From IMG/VR virus record IMGVR_UViG_2721755712_000001: a stretch of DNA of 64,000 nucleotides; one strand, given 5' to 3'. Position numbers and translations under genes: made by a program. Origin of the DNA: a virus (Duplodnaviria; Heunggongvirae; Uroviricota; Caudoviricetes). Under the pieces are notes generated by a model, which was not told where the DNA came from, searched no databases, and saw nothing but the letters and a program-made list of their open reading frames with translations. This document shows, in pieces, positions 21,313 to 31,150 of the stretch (positions within the stretch are counted from its first letter, which is position 1; every line of letters begins with the position of its first letter).

Positions 21313-22009
21313 AATGGATCACACCGTCGGCAAAATAATTCCGACGCGCATTACAGGCGTCATAACGTTTTGTGCAGTAATCCGCACCAGACATAGACGT
21401 CTGCTGGTTATTTTTGTCGAAATATGGACCGGTATAGCCGCATTCTGGCCCTCGGTATTTCCACGGGCAGGTGTTTTTAATGATCTGACGATACGGCAGT
21501 TGCACCCCCATCAAATCGAACACACTAGACAATTCAAACTCGACAACCTGATGAGTTTCGAGAGTTTTCTGTTCGATAAACCACATTTCATCCGGGAAAT
21601 GTTGGTTTGGATCTGCTGTTGGGTTGCCGTCTTTAAAATTAACGGCATCGAGGAAGCGAGCCAGCGTCATCTTGCGAATAATGCGGCAGCCAACAAGATC
21701 GTCGTTTGCCTGAACTTCCGCAGAGACAGTTCCGGCAAAGTTCGATACCTGAATTTTTGGACGTGGCAACGTTCCCTGGCCAGTTTTGTCAAAGCCTGAT
21801 GCTTTGATTGGCCACGGCTCGTATGTCACTCCTTGCCAGACGACCGGTTGCATCAGTTCGTTTGTTCCGGCGTGGAAGAATAGCTTCCCCCCTGAAGTTG
21901 TGTTCGACATATCCAGTACGAACAACTCAATGAGTGCAGAGGGAGATAAGCTCTGAATATCAGCTTTAATTCCCATTGTTTCATCCTTGAAATAAGTAGG
22001 CGCTAACAT
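21278..22009 (-). CDS. minor tail protein (lambda gpL-like)
   Basis: 243 aa; Cys cluster CPWKYRGPECGYTG typical of gpL-family proteins; lambda order M-L-K-I-J preserved. Confidence 0.8.
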   Translation of the reverse strand: MLAPTYFKDETMGIKADIQSLSPSALIELFVLDMSNTTSGGKLFFHAGTNELMQPVVWQGVTYEPWPIKASGFDKTGQGTLPRPKIQVSNFAGTVSAEVQANDDLVGCRIIRKMTLARFLDAVNFKDGNPTADPNQHFPDEMWFIEQKTLETHQVVEFELSSVFDLMGVQLPYRQIIKNTCPWKYRGPECGYTGPYFDKNNQQTSMSGADYCTKRYDACNARRNYFADGVIHFGGFIGATRYG

Positions 22010-22058
22010 CCTGTCAGCGCCACAATGATAGTAAATTAGTACTTACTTATCCAGATGC

Positions 22059-22394
22059 TTAAGCCTCAAATACTTGTCTGAATGTAGCAGTTAAGACACA
22101 GTACCCCTGATATCGCTTGACCGTATGACTGTCACATACAACTACAATCCGTTTTCCTCTTTGATTAACCCAATAGAACGACTCAACGCCTGCTCGCTCA
22201 GTCAGGAAGTCATCGATTGCATTAATTTCGTTGTATGATCTGGTAAAGGTTAACGACCATTCTTCTTTAATACGATTAAGACCTTGAGCCTGTCGCTGCT
22301 CGTAGTCATCACCAAAATTAAGTATCGTTACATTCGGTTTTACGCTTTTTTCAGATTCGTAATCTGGATACCAATTAAACGTTTGTCTTTCCAT
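22059..22394 (-). CDS. minor tail protein (lambda gpM-like)
   Basis: 111 aa, immediately after the tape measure gene, as in lambda. Confidence 0.7.
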   Translation of the reverse strand: MERQTFNWYPDYESEKSVKPNVTILNFGDDYEQRQAQGLNRIKEEWSLTFTRSYNEINAIDDFLTERAGVESFYWVNQRGKRIVVVCDSHTVKRYQGYCVLTATFRQVFEA

Positions 22395-22436
22395 CTCACA
22401 TCCTTGTGAGACTGCCCCGGTCGGGGCAGTCGATAG

Positions 22437-25400
22437 TTAGTTACGTTGAGTGTTTGGGTTGAGTGATCCGCCAGGGCGTTTCTCTTGAGCGATAGTCTCA
22501 AGCGCGATTGCTTTCATCCGTTGAGCGGCATTGTTCCATATGCTTTCTGTATCGCCGGATTCAGTTGTGCTACCGTCACTATGGACGTTGATCTCAATTG
22601 ATACCGGAGAAAGAACATTTCCTCCTCCACTCATACCATCGGTACTGAGCGTTACAGGGATTGTTCGACCATCAGGCAATGGAACATACGCCTCATTCAT
22701 ATCGCCTTCCCCAAACAACGCCAATTGAGGTGAGTTGGCGATACCGCCTTTCTGGTATGCCCGGAGCGGGATCACGCCGTCTTTTCCGAATATGCCACCA
22801 TTTGCAAACTTCGGAATTGCAGGAATACCATTCGTGCCATCGGCAGCAGAACTGGTCAGATTGTTGAACCCGGAAGTTGAACCAGAAGAACCGGACATCA
22901 ATCCATCGAATCCACCACTAGCCCATACTGAAACCAAACCAGATGCAACTGTCGCGCCGAAATTCAACCACTTATTACCAGAGCCGGAAGCATTAGCTCC
23001 AAGCATTGCAAACGCGGCAGACAGCGCGCCGGTAACAGAACTGAGGTTCTGCATCGAGAAGATGGAGTCCTTCACGGCTTTTGTCTCGGCATCTTTGGCT
23101 TCAGTGCTATCAAATAGCCCTGATACCCAGCTACCAATCGCATTTGTTGCAGTGCCAATTGCGCTGGTGGTCTGCTGTGTTGTTTGCCCCAATCCAGTTA
23201 CCGAACTGGACGTCTCCTTCGTGGCTTCTCCTACCGACTTGTCGCCATTAACAGTGTTGCTTATGCGCACACCTTGATTGGCAACTGCGGAAGCAACCCC
23301 GGTGAGCAAATTACCACTCTGTGAACTACCAGCTGCGGTGGCTCCCATCCCCAACATGTTCATTAGAGGCAGCGTGATTTGCGACTTCACGACCATATTG
23401 GTGATATCTTTCAAAATGGACTGAGACAGGCTGGAGAAGCTCATCTTCCCGTTAATAACGAAATCAGTCAGGACATCAGTTAAGCCACTAAACAAATCAG
23501 TCCAGGTGCTTTCGATCTGCTCTGCCAGGTTTTCGTATTCCAGTGCCAACTTCTGCGTCGCAGTCCCCGTCTCTTTAATAAGCGCGGTATTGCCAGCAGC
23601 AATCAGTTGATTGATTTTCTTTGTATAAAGCGCCACAACTTTAGGATCAGACGCCTTATCACGAAGTTCTATCAACGCTTTGAGATTGCGGTTGTAGGTG
23701 TCTTCGAAATCAGCAACTTTATCTTCGCGAGACGGCGTATAGCCAGCACTAATAATGGAATCCGCCTTCGGTGCCCAAGTGGAGATCATCTGCTCAACAT
23801 TGCGGCGATTAAACATCTCGCGATATTCAGGTGTCGCATTTTTGAGGTCTTCAAGACGTTTTTTCGCCTTGTCGATCATCTCTTGAGTGATGAACTCGTT
23901 AGGAACCGCATTAGCCAAATCTGTCAGCGATTTCGTTGTATCGCGAAGAGACTGATCAAACGATACCGTAGCCTTAGAGCTTTCACCCATTTGCCCCATA
24001 AGCTGATCGGCTTTGTCCAGAGCCTTCTGGTATCCGGCTGCCAGTTTCTGTTGCGCTGCCTGTTCCTTCTTGGCCGCACGCTGCGAGGCGTTAGCTGATC
24101 GTTGGGCTGCTTTCTCGGCAGCTGCTGCATCCTGTTCACGAGCTTTAGTCAGTGCAGCAATGGCTGCGGCACGCTCTTCATCGCTCATTTTCTCCAGAGA
24201 GCTGGCGCTGGATGCTTTCTGCAAATTAAGCTGCGTCTTGAGTTGTTTAGGCCCAATAATCGGCTTACCTTCGAAGTCCATCATCGGAGTGCCGTCAGGC
24301 AAAGTACGTTGATAAGTCGCAGAATCCATCTGGTTTCGCATATATTGCGCCAGCGCCTTCTGAGCAGCTTTATCAGTTGTACCTAACCCAAGAACATCTC
24401 CATTGATTGACACTAAGCCATTACCACTTTTGGCCGCGTTATCCCTCTTAAACTCTGCCTGAGTCAGTTCCTGAGCAACGACTTCCAAATGCTCCTGATA
24501 GCCACGAATACTTCCTTGCAGTTTCTGAATCTGCTCGGTATTTCCTTCCTTTTTCGCTTTTTCAAGCTGATCATTAAGAGTCGCGATTTGCTTCTCGGTC
24601 GCATTCTTACGAGAAGAAAGTGAATCAACCAGTTTTTGCGCAGGCTCCAGATAGCTTTTGTTTACCGTTTCACGTAACGGTGCCAATAGCTTGTTCTTTT
24701 CGTCATCCGAAAGTGAACCGTCATCCTTGATTTTCTGGATTTTCTCCAGAGCCTCCTGACGAGCTTTCACGAACGTTGCCGCAAAGTCTCTATTCTCTTC
24801 GAGTATTTTCTCTATCTGGGATTCTGCCGTCTCTTTTGCCAGACGTTTGGCTACAGCCAAATCCCCTCTGGCAATAGTTTCATTGGTTTCATCGCGTTTC
24901 TTACGAAGTTCATTTAGCTCATTTTCTATTCGCTTACGTTCATCATGATTAATCTTTACTGTAGTTCCGGCCATACCCGGCCCATAAACCACCTTTTCGC
25001 CAGATTTTAACTCTTGTTCCTTTTGCGTGATTTGTTGCTCAAGACGCGCTTTATACTCGGCCATCTGTGCACGTTTAGCCGCCGTCATCGCTTCTGGTAT
25101 TTTCCTAATCTCGTCAACGACCTTTGAAGTTTCGCTACGAAGCATGGTCATATACGTGATTAAGCCAGCAACAGCGGTCATTGCAGCAGTGAAAACAAAA
25201 CCTATCGGATTCGCCGCAATAAACGCAGTCAGGCCAGCAAAAGCGCCTTTAAGCCCCGTAATCGCCCCACGGATGGCGAAAATAAGAGAGGGGATCGGAG
25301 CCAGCCCCATACGTGCCGCACGATTGAATCGGGTTACTGCTGTAGCGCCGAGGTTAAATGGAGTCTGTATGGCGGTCGCCATCGTGGCAAAGGTGCTAAC

Positions 25401-27035
25401 CATCTGGCTGCCTGCGCCAACTACCCCCATGATCCCTGCTCGCATCAGTTTGAACGCAACCATCGCGGCCACGACCTTACCGAGATTAATCACCAGCTCT
25501 TGGTTCTTTGCTAACCATTGAGCAAGCTGACGCAACCCATCGATTGCCGTTGTTAACCCCGAACCTAAAGAATTGGCAAACGAAATCCCTTCGGCGCTAT
25601 TCATGATTGAAGCCAGTTCTTTCATCCCCTTCGATAGAGAATCCAGATATCCGGCCTGACCAACCCGATCAGCAAATAACGAGAATGACGTCTGAAGTTG
25701 CGCCAGCGCACCTGTGTAGGTTTGCATCATGTCTTTCGCTGCGTTCTCATTCTCCGCACGCAGACCAACAAACATCAGAGACAACGCCTGTTTTGCCTCA
25801 ACCATACCGCTGGCAACGGCTTTAGTCAGTTCCCCCATAGTGATGCCTGCGGCGTCTGCCATTGCCTGCATCGCGTTAGGAACGGCTTCACCTAATTGCT
25901 GACGTAGCTCTTCCATTGACACAACGCCCTTACCGGACATCTGCTGAACGGCCACAGCCGCACGTTTCAACAGCTCACTATCACCACCAAAACGAGCAAC
26001 GGAGTCCACCAGCGCCTTCAGAGAACCATCGGTTGGATCTAAGCCAGCAGAACGAAACTTCACGAAGGAGTCTGTTAACGCCTGCATCGCGAACGGCGCA
26101 TTTTGAGCCATGTCTACGATGTACTTCATATCATCAGCGGCAGCCTGGCCCGGGTTGGACTTCTCCTTATTCAACCCTCGAAGCATCACCCGCATACGTT
26201 CCATTTCGGCCGCAGCTTCAACAATAGGCTTCTGCCACCCAAACATGATGTCAGTAACCGTTCTGGCTGCATCTCCGATCTCGCCAAGCAGGAAAATGTT
26301 GCCACGAAGGCCAGAGAACATACCTCCTTCGTTACTTTTACCGCTATGGCCAGAAGCGCCGCTACGCCGCCCGCTACCACCATCGCCACTTCCAGATGTA
26401 CGAACGCGTACCGGCTTGCTAATCAGTTGCTGACGTCCGATAACTTCGTCCATCTGCTCACGAACCTTTTTCAGTCCCTCGGCAGCCTGACTCGTTGTGA
26501 CACCCCAATTACTGAGTCGCTTCGTCGTGGTATTAAGGCGCGTATTCATGCCACTCACGGACGCAGAGGCTTCTTTGACCTCCGTACCAAAGCGGCTTGC
26601 GCTTTTGCTTGCATAGGTCGCCCAATCAGAGAAATCATTTAGCTCTGATTGCACTTTACGTAATGACGCGGTGAGTTTATCTACTGAAGAAGTTGTCGTA
26701 TCGACGCGCTCAATCAGGGCTTTAAGACCAGAATTGAGGCTGGTGATGTTGCCACGCATTTTACGCGTAGCATCTGAAGCAAGCTCAAAACCGGCAGCTA
26801 CATCCTGTAGTTTATCTGCCGTAGAATCGAGCTTGCTTTCCAGAACGCCAATGATACGGGCGACCGAACCCAAAGAGCGTTCAAAGGTTTGGATTTTTTG
26901 AGCAGGCTTTGTTACCTGCTCACCAAATCGAGTAAGCAGTTTCCCCGCACGATCGATTGACGCTGTAAACTGTTTGTCTTCCAGCGACAGGATAAACTCT
27001 ACGTTTTGTGACATTCCCTTGTCATCCTCTGCCAA
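22437..27035 (-). CDS. tail tape measure protein
   Basis: 1532 aa; long coiled-coil-like and Gly/Ala/Ser-rich hydrophobic stretches; sits between the G/T-like chaperone genes and gpM-like gene. Confidence 0.85.
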   Translation of the reverse strand: MAEDDKGMSQNVEFILSLEDKQFTASIDRAGKLLTRFGEQVTKPAQKIQTFERSLGSVARIIGVLESKLDSTADKLQDVAAGFELASDATRKMRGNITSLNSGLKALIERVDTTTSSVDKLTASLRKVQSELNDFSDWATYASKSASRFGTEVKEASASVSGMNTRLNTTTKRLSNWGVTTSQAAEGLKKVREQMDEVIGRQQLISKPVRVRTSGSGDGGSGRRSGASGHSGKSNEGGMFSGLRGNIFLLGEIGDAARTVTDIMFGWQKPIVEAAAEMERMRVMLRGLNKEKSNPGQAAADDMKYIVDMAQNAPFAMQALTDSFVKFRSAGLDPTDGSLKALVDSVARFGGDSELLKRAAVAVQQMSGKGVVSMEELRQQLGEAVPNAMQAMADAAGITMGELTKAVASGMVEAKQALSLMFVGLRAENENAAKDMMQTYTGALAQLQTSFSLFADRVGQAGYLDSLSKGMKELASIMNSAEGISFANSLGSGLTTAIDGLRQLAQWLAKNQELVINLGKVVAAMVAFKLMRAGIMGVVGAGSQMVSTFATMATAIQTPFNLGATAVTRFNRAARMGLAPIPSLIFAIRGAITGLKGAFAGLTAFIAANPIGFVFTAAMTAVAGLITYMTMLRSETSKVVDEIRKIPEAMTAAKRAQMAEYKARLEQQITQKEQELKSGEKVVYGPGMAGTTVKINHDERKRIENELNELRKKRDETNETIARGDLAVAKRLAKETAESQIEKILEENRDFAATFVKARQEALEKIQKIKDDGSLSDDEKNKLLAPLRETVNKSYLEPAQKLVDSLSSRKNATEKQIATLNDQLEKAKKEGNTEQIQKLQGSIRGYQEHLEVVAQELTQAEFKRDNAAKSGNGLVSINGDVLGLGTTDKAAQKALAQYMRNQMDSATYQRTLPDGTPMMDFEGKPIIGPKQLKTQLNLQKASSASSLEKMSDEERAAAIAALTKAREQDAAAAEKAAQRSANASQRAAKKEQAAQQKLAAGYQKALDKADQLMGQMGESSKATVSFDQSLRDTTKSLTDLANAVPNEFITQEMIDKAKKRLEDLKNATPEYREMFNRRNVEQMISTWAPKADSIISAGYTPSREDKVADFEDTYNRNLKALIELRDKASDPKVVALYTKKINQLIAAGNTALIKETGTATQKLALEYENLAEQIESTWTDLFSGLTDVLTDFVINGKMSFSSLSQSILKDITNMVVKSQITLPLMNMLGMGATAAGSSQSGNLLTGVASAVANQGVRISNTVNGDKSVGEATKETSSSVTGLGQTTQQTTSAIGTATNAIGSWVSGLFDSTEAKDAETKAVKDSIFSMQNLSSVTGALSAAFAMLGANASGSGNKWLNFGATVASGLVSVWASGGFDGLMSGSSGSTSGFNNLTSSAADGTNGIPAIPKFANGGIFGKDGVIPLRAYQKGGIANSPQLALFGEGDMNEAYVPLPDGRTIPVTLSTDGMSGGGNVLSPVSIEINVHSDGSTTESGDTESIWNNAAQRMKAIALETIAQEKRPGGSLNPNTQRN

Positions 27036-27291
27036 ATATTTGCATCAGTTGCTCTTTGGCGTCAGGGTCTGCCTTATCCTGGCTTGGATCGTAGACTTTA
27101 TCTGTTACGACTGGTCTTCCAATCCTGAGTTGCAAACCCTCCATGAACGCCTTCACAGCCTCGCCATCCGCCTGGGACGCACGAGCGACTTGTAAGTTGC
27201 GGACATCCTCTTCCGCACGCAGACGGTCTATATTGCGACTGAGCATCCAGAACATCGTGAGAGGAACGTTCAGTAGCTCTAATGGCGACAC
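27022..27291 (-). CDS. tail assembly chaperone, gpT-like -1 frame ORF (probable G-T frameshift product)
   Basis: Open in the -1 frame relative to the G-like ORF and across its stop; overlaps the tape measure start; mirrors lambda G/GT. Confidence 0.5.
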   Translation of the reverse strand: MSPLELLNVPLTMFWMLSRNIDRLRAEEDVRNLQVARASQADGEAVKAFMEGLQLRIGRPVVTDKVYDPSQDKADPDAKEQLMQIFGRG

Positions 27292-27371
27292 GGCGTAGTG
27301 AGCAACTACACGACTGAAATAGAATCCGAGATCTATTGAGACGGTCCTTGTCCCGGATTCATCGCGGGAAA

Positions 27372-27689
27372 TTACTTTGCCCCTTCGCCAGCCGCTTTTT
27401 CGTTTTCTTCATCAATCACTTCCATAGCGAAGGTGAAGATCTGCTGGAGTTGCGGAACAGTCAGTTTTTCAAGAACTTCGTCAGGTACTGAAGGGATAAC
27501 CTTACGAACCAGATCTGCATAAGCTGTCACTTGCTCAACAGGAGACATGTTCATGAGATCTTTGCCTTCCATCTGCTTGATGGAAACGAACAGACCTACC
27601 GTCATTTCAACGATGGGATATTCCTGACCGCCAAATTTGATGCTTTTCTTCGGAGGCAGAATGGAATCGAGATCGAGTAATTTGGTCAT
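27372..27689 (-). CDS. tail assembly chaperone (lambda gpG-like)
   Basis: 105 aa acidic protein between the major tail protein and tape measure genes. Confidence 0.6.
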   Translation of the reverse strand: MTKLLDLDSILPPKKSIKFGGQEYPIVEMTVGLFVSIKQMEGKDLMNMSPVEQVTAYADLVRKVIPSVPDEVLEKLTVPQLQQIFTFAMEVIDEENEKAAGEGAK

Positions 27690-27744
27690 TGGTTAAAATC
27701 CTTTTAAAAGAGAGGCCCATCCTGAGCCTCTGCTTAATTACTGA

Positions 27745-28527
27745 TTAATCTGCGGGGTTAATCGTTACTGACTTAGTTGCCTTCTTACCACCGCTATTGC
27801 TGGTGAAGGAAATATTTGTAGAACCCTGCGCCACACCACGTACCAGACCCGTTTGATCTACCGTGGCCTTTTCCTGGTCTTCGGATTCCCAAACACCGGT
27901 TTTGTCTGCGGCATCAGCTGGAGTGATTTCGGCTGTCAGTTGCACAGTTTCTCCAGCTTTTACGGTTGGAGATTCCGGTGAGATCGACACAGTTTTTACC
28001 GGTTTAGGACCGCTCATTTTGCCCAGAACGCCTTCATCATCCGGGTATGCGCTGAACTGAACAGAGAACACACGAACATCATCAGACTGGTAGGTCATAG
28101 TGAAGTTGCCCGCGGTTGCCGCTTTCGGGATGGTCAACACATAGTCGGTGGTGTCCTGCGGAGTCAGAACCAGCTCCTTCGCCACATCAATCAGGTTAAC
28201 GCCCTGTGCAGATGTGATCGTGACAGAGTTGTCATCTTCGCTCAGAGTAGAACCAGGCATCAGGTCAACCATGTTTTGGAGTACAGACTCAGCCAGAGGC
28301 GCGGTGATGGTAATGTTGCGCCCCTGAACTAATTCGGAAATTACGGTCTGCCCCAACTGATCGACGGTGACTTTCAGCGTTTCAGTGGCTACTTCAACCT
28401 GAACACCACCTTTGGTGTAACCCAAATCCACACCACCAAACGACACCTTACAGGCACCAAGTTTGATGTTTTTTACATGGGTATTAGACATTGATGGAAA
28501 ACTCCTTTTTCCGTTAATTCTACGCAT
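27745..28527 (-). CDS. major tail protein with C-terminal Ig-like (Big_2) domain (lambda gpV-like)
   Basis: 260 aa; C-terminal Ig-like region (TVSISPESPTVKAGETVQLTAEITPADA...); position before the G/T chaperones. Confidence 0.7.
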   Translation of the reverse strand: MRRINGKRSFPSMSNTHVKNIKLGACKVSFGGVDLGYTKGGVQVEVATETLKVTVDQLGQTVISELVQGRNITITAPLAESVLQNMVDLMPGSTLSEDDNSVTITSAQGVNLIDVAKELVLTPQDTTDYVLTIPKAATAGNFTMTYQSDDVRVFSVQFSAYPDDEGVLGKMSGPKPVKTVSISPESPTVKAGETVQLTAEITPADAADKTGVWESEDQEKATVDQTGLVRGVAQGSTNISFTSNSGGKKATKSVTINPAD

Positions 28528-28540
28528 TCATTGCGCTAAT

Positions 28541-28558
28541 AGTAAGTATATACTTACT
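28541..28558 (-). promoter_or_regulatory. class II motif, perfect palindrome AGTAAGTATATACTTACT, upstream of major tail gene
   Basis: 18-bp perfect dyad ~15 nt upstream of the major tail protein start. Confidence 0.45.
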
Positions 28559-28565
28559 AATTGAG

Positions 28566-28922
28566 TTAATTCAATAAATAGCCAGCAAATTCAACAGGAA
28601 TGCCTGCTTCTATTAATGCCCCATCATTTTTGGGATAAATGATTGGCATCGCCATCGGTCGTACAAGTCGAAAATAAACACCACCAGATTCCGTTTCCTC
28701 TACTGGAAACATCTCAATGATTTTATTGGCTTTCTCAACCGTCGTAGTAATTGACGAACCACGCACAATGATTGTGAATGATTCGAGATAAAAGCCCTGT
28801 AGCTCATGATCGATGCTGATACCGGTATTTGGGTTAATAAGCAGGACGCCAGATTTCACATTGGCAGGCAAGTAGTGACAGAAAATGTCAGTCCCGACCG
28901 TGCCAATCTTTGCCTTCTGCAT
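28566..28922 (-). CDS. head-tail joining / tail terminator-like protein
   Basis: Start set at the internal ATG to avoid a 120-nt overlap with the upstream gene; size and position fit a gpU/gpZ-like joining protein; no diagnostic motif. Confidence 0.35.
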   Translation of the reverse strand: MQKAKIGTVGTDIFCHYLPANVKSGVLLINPNTGISIDHELQGFYLESFTIIVRGSSITTTVEKANKIIEMFPVEETESGGVYFRLVRPMAMPIIYPKNDGALIEAGIPVEFAGYLLN

Positions 28923-28950
28923 CAAACTTGCAAACGCTTCAATAAACACA

Positions 28951-29424
28951 TTAACCTCTCGTAAATCCGGCTTTTCTGGCAGCCTCAAGAATCGCTTCTG
29001 AGAACTGCTTCTCGCTAATTTCCACCGCTCTTTCCAGAAAGTGTGGCCCAACACGGGGTTTAACACCGGCAATTGGTGGGTTTGTCACGTTCTTCATTCG
29101 AGAAAGATAACCGAGTCGGTATTTACCCAGCTCCATGTACTTAGCATAGTCACCTACTTCTACGCCCGGATGCCCCTGACGTGGTTTTGCTCCAGACACA
29201 GAAAGCTCAATACGCAGCCCTGAATAACCTTCTTTAATCACCCTGGCAAAGATGGCTGTCTCCAGAGATCCGGTTTCCAGCGGGGCCATTGCACGGCTGA
29301 GACGCTCAACCAAACGCGCCAGCTTTTCCATGTCCCGAATAAGATATCGCTTAAATGCTTTCTGGCTGTTGTTGAGTCGATTCCCCGCACGTTTGAACTG
29401 ATGCGCATCGTATTTCAGACCCAT
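28951..29424 (-). CDS. head-tail joining protein (hypothetical)
   Basis: 157 aa ORF in the head-tail connector block; overlaps neighbours by a few nt. Confidence 0.35.
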   Translation of the reverse strand: MGLKYDAHQFKRAGNRLNNSQKAFKRYLIRDMEKLARLVERLSRAMAPLETGSLETAIFARVIKEGYSGLRIELSVSGAKPRQGHPGVEVGDYAKYMELGKYRLGYLSRMKNVTNPPIAGVKPRVGPHFLERAVEISEKQFSEAILEAARKAGFTRG

Positions 29425-29855
29425 ATATTCGCCCCTACTTCAAGATGCCCAGGTCTTCCTCGTAGCCCCCAGCGGCGATGAACACTGGACACCTTTAATT
29501 TTTGACCTTCAAGGATCAGTACATCATCAAGTTGTACAGCCGCTTCCAAAGGGACAACTAACACAGCATCAAACAGCTCCAGACTCGCCTTACCACGACT
29601 ACCAGAGCTATCAGCACGAACTGACGATTTCTCATTACTCTGTTCGAACTTAACCACGCCGACATTCGTCTTCCTGACGAATTGTAATTGCGCCTCACCG
29701 TAAACGTTCTTTGCGCCAAAGCGGTAGATCGCAATTTCTGTTTGCCATGAAATATTCATGCTCTCTCCCTGTTGTTGTCGGTCGCTCTCATTACTGGCCA
29801 AAAACCCTTTAGACCAAAAGTAAATAATGCGACTGGCGTTACGCACGGCGAACAA
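29415..29855 (-). CDS. head-tail joining protein (hypothetical)
   Basis: Track ORF; true start may be the internal ATG near 29758; packed between structural genes. Confidence 0.3.
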   Translation of the reverse strand: MFAVRNASRIIYFWSKGFLASNESDRQQQGESMNISWQTEIAIYRFGAKNVYGEAQLQFVRKTNVGVVKFEQSNEKSSVRADSSGSRGKASLELFDAVLVVPLEAAVQLDDVLILEGQKLKVSSVHRRWGLRGRPGHLEVGANIWV

Positions 29856-30672
29856 TCATACGGTTGTTGATGTAACTGACCAGCAAGCGCCAGGTACTAC
29901 GAGCCACATGCACGTTTGCAGCTTTACCGGTACGGTACATGTTGGTTGTTTCACCGATTGACTCTGACAAAATACCATCCTCTCGTGCTGCGGCAACATC
30001 ATTGCCATTTGCGATCTCACACGCTTCGTTGACAACGGCAAGCATCAACGCTTCTTTGAAGTAGTCAGGGAACTCTTCAAACTTCTCCTGCGTCATCTTT
30101 TCCCAATCGACTAAATCATGCCGGTACGCTCCATCTGCTCCCCACGGAATGTCATACACATTCAGCATATTTTGAGGGCGATCGTATCGGTCAAAGTCGA
30201 TACGTAGAATTTTGCGGATTGAGAACGGTAAAGTTTTAATACGTCTGGTAGCCTCAATGAGACGCTTGCGCATTAAGCCTTCACCATCCGACAGCAAAGT
30301 GTCCCCATTCAGCATATCGATCGCCTGCATTTGAGCATCAGCGACAGTTGCAAACGACTGTTCTGGTATCGACAGTTCAAAAGTATTCAGCAGAACATAC
30401 ATTTGACGCTCTTCATGCGTCAGGCCCGATGCAACAGCCTTCACAATGACGTACCGCAGATCTCGCTCTTTCTCAGAGAGCTGGTTATATTCAGCCGACA
30501 CGACAACCGGAATCGACATTTGACCGTTGGTAATTTCTAGCGGCTCGCCATCAACGAGAATAGCCCCGGTACTGTCCTTTACTGTGTAGGTGGCAGATTC
30601 GATATCCAGCACGTTGAAGGCAAATGAAAGAGAAACAGCTTCACCGCTACGATACGAGTCGATCTGCGCCAT
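29839..30672 (-). CDS. structural protein (hypothetical, head completion/connector candidate)
   Basis: 277 aa, coupled to flanking structural genes; no recognisable catalytic motif. Confidence 0.35.
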   Translation of the reverse strand: MAQIDSYRSGEAVSLSFAFNVLDIESATYTVKDSTGAILVDGEPLEITNGQMSIPVVVSAEYNQLSEKERDLRYVIVKAVASGLTHEERQMYVLLNTFELSIPEQSFATVADAQMQAIDMLNGDTLLSDGEGLMRKRLIEATRRIKTLPFSIRKILRIDFDRYDRPQNMLNVYDIPWGADGAYRHDLVDWEKMTQEKFEEFPDYFKEALMLAVVNEACEIANGNDVAAAREDGILSESIGETTNMYRTGKAANVHVARSTWRLLVSYINNRMIVRRA

Positions 30673-31106
30673 TACTCACCACCTTGTGCTTTCAGGATGC
30701 CGTCAATCATTTCGACAATTCCTTTCGCTTTGACACCAACCTGATTACCAATAACTCGTAGACCGGCAATACCTTCGTTGTCTGCAATTGACTCCAGTTC
30801 TTCTCGTGTGAAAGTCTGGATCTGTTTGGCCGGTTCATCTGGTGTCCCACGTTTCATTGGCACAATGTCAGGCGCTGCTGGCTCGGTAATCAGGTCTGCT
30901 GTCAATTCACCACGATCACTGTATGCGGCAGACGGAGAAACATTTTTGCCCTCTACTGTTGACGCTCGCATTGAAGCACAAATCCTCTGCTGATCGATAA
31001 AAGGCAACTCCGCTACGGATACCCCGTTCTCGAACTGAACGCCACACAGCATTCCCGAATAACCGGAAAATTGCGGTTCTAATAAAACAATTTTTGCTGG
31101 TTTCAT
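30672..31106 (-). CDS. structural protein (hypothetical)
   Basis: 144 aa, immediately after the Ig-like decoration gene. Confidence 0.35.
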   Translation of the reverse strand: MKPAKIVLLEPQFSGYSGMLCGVQFENGVSVAELPFIDQQRICASMRASTVEGKNVSPSAAYSDRGELTADLITEPAAPDIVPMKRGTPDEPAKQIQTFTREELESIADNEGIAGLRVIGNQVGVKAKGIVEMIDGILKAQGGE

Positions 31107-31150
31107 AACGCTTTCTCTCCACTTGGGCGGCGAAAGCCGCCCAATATCAG

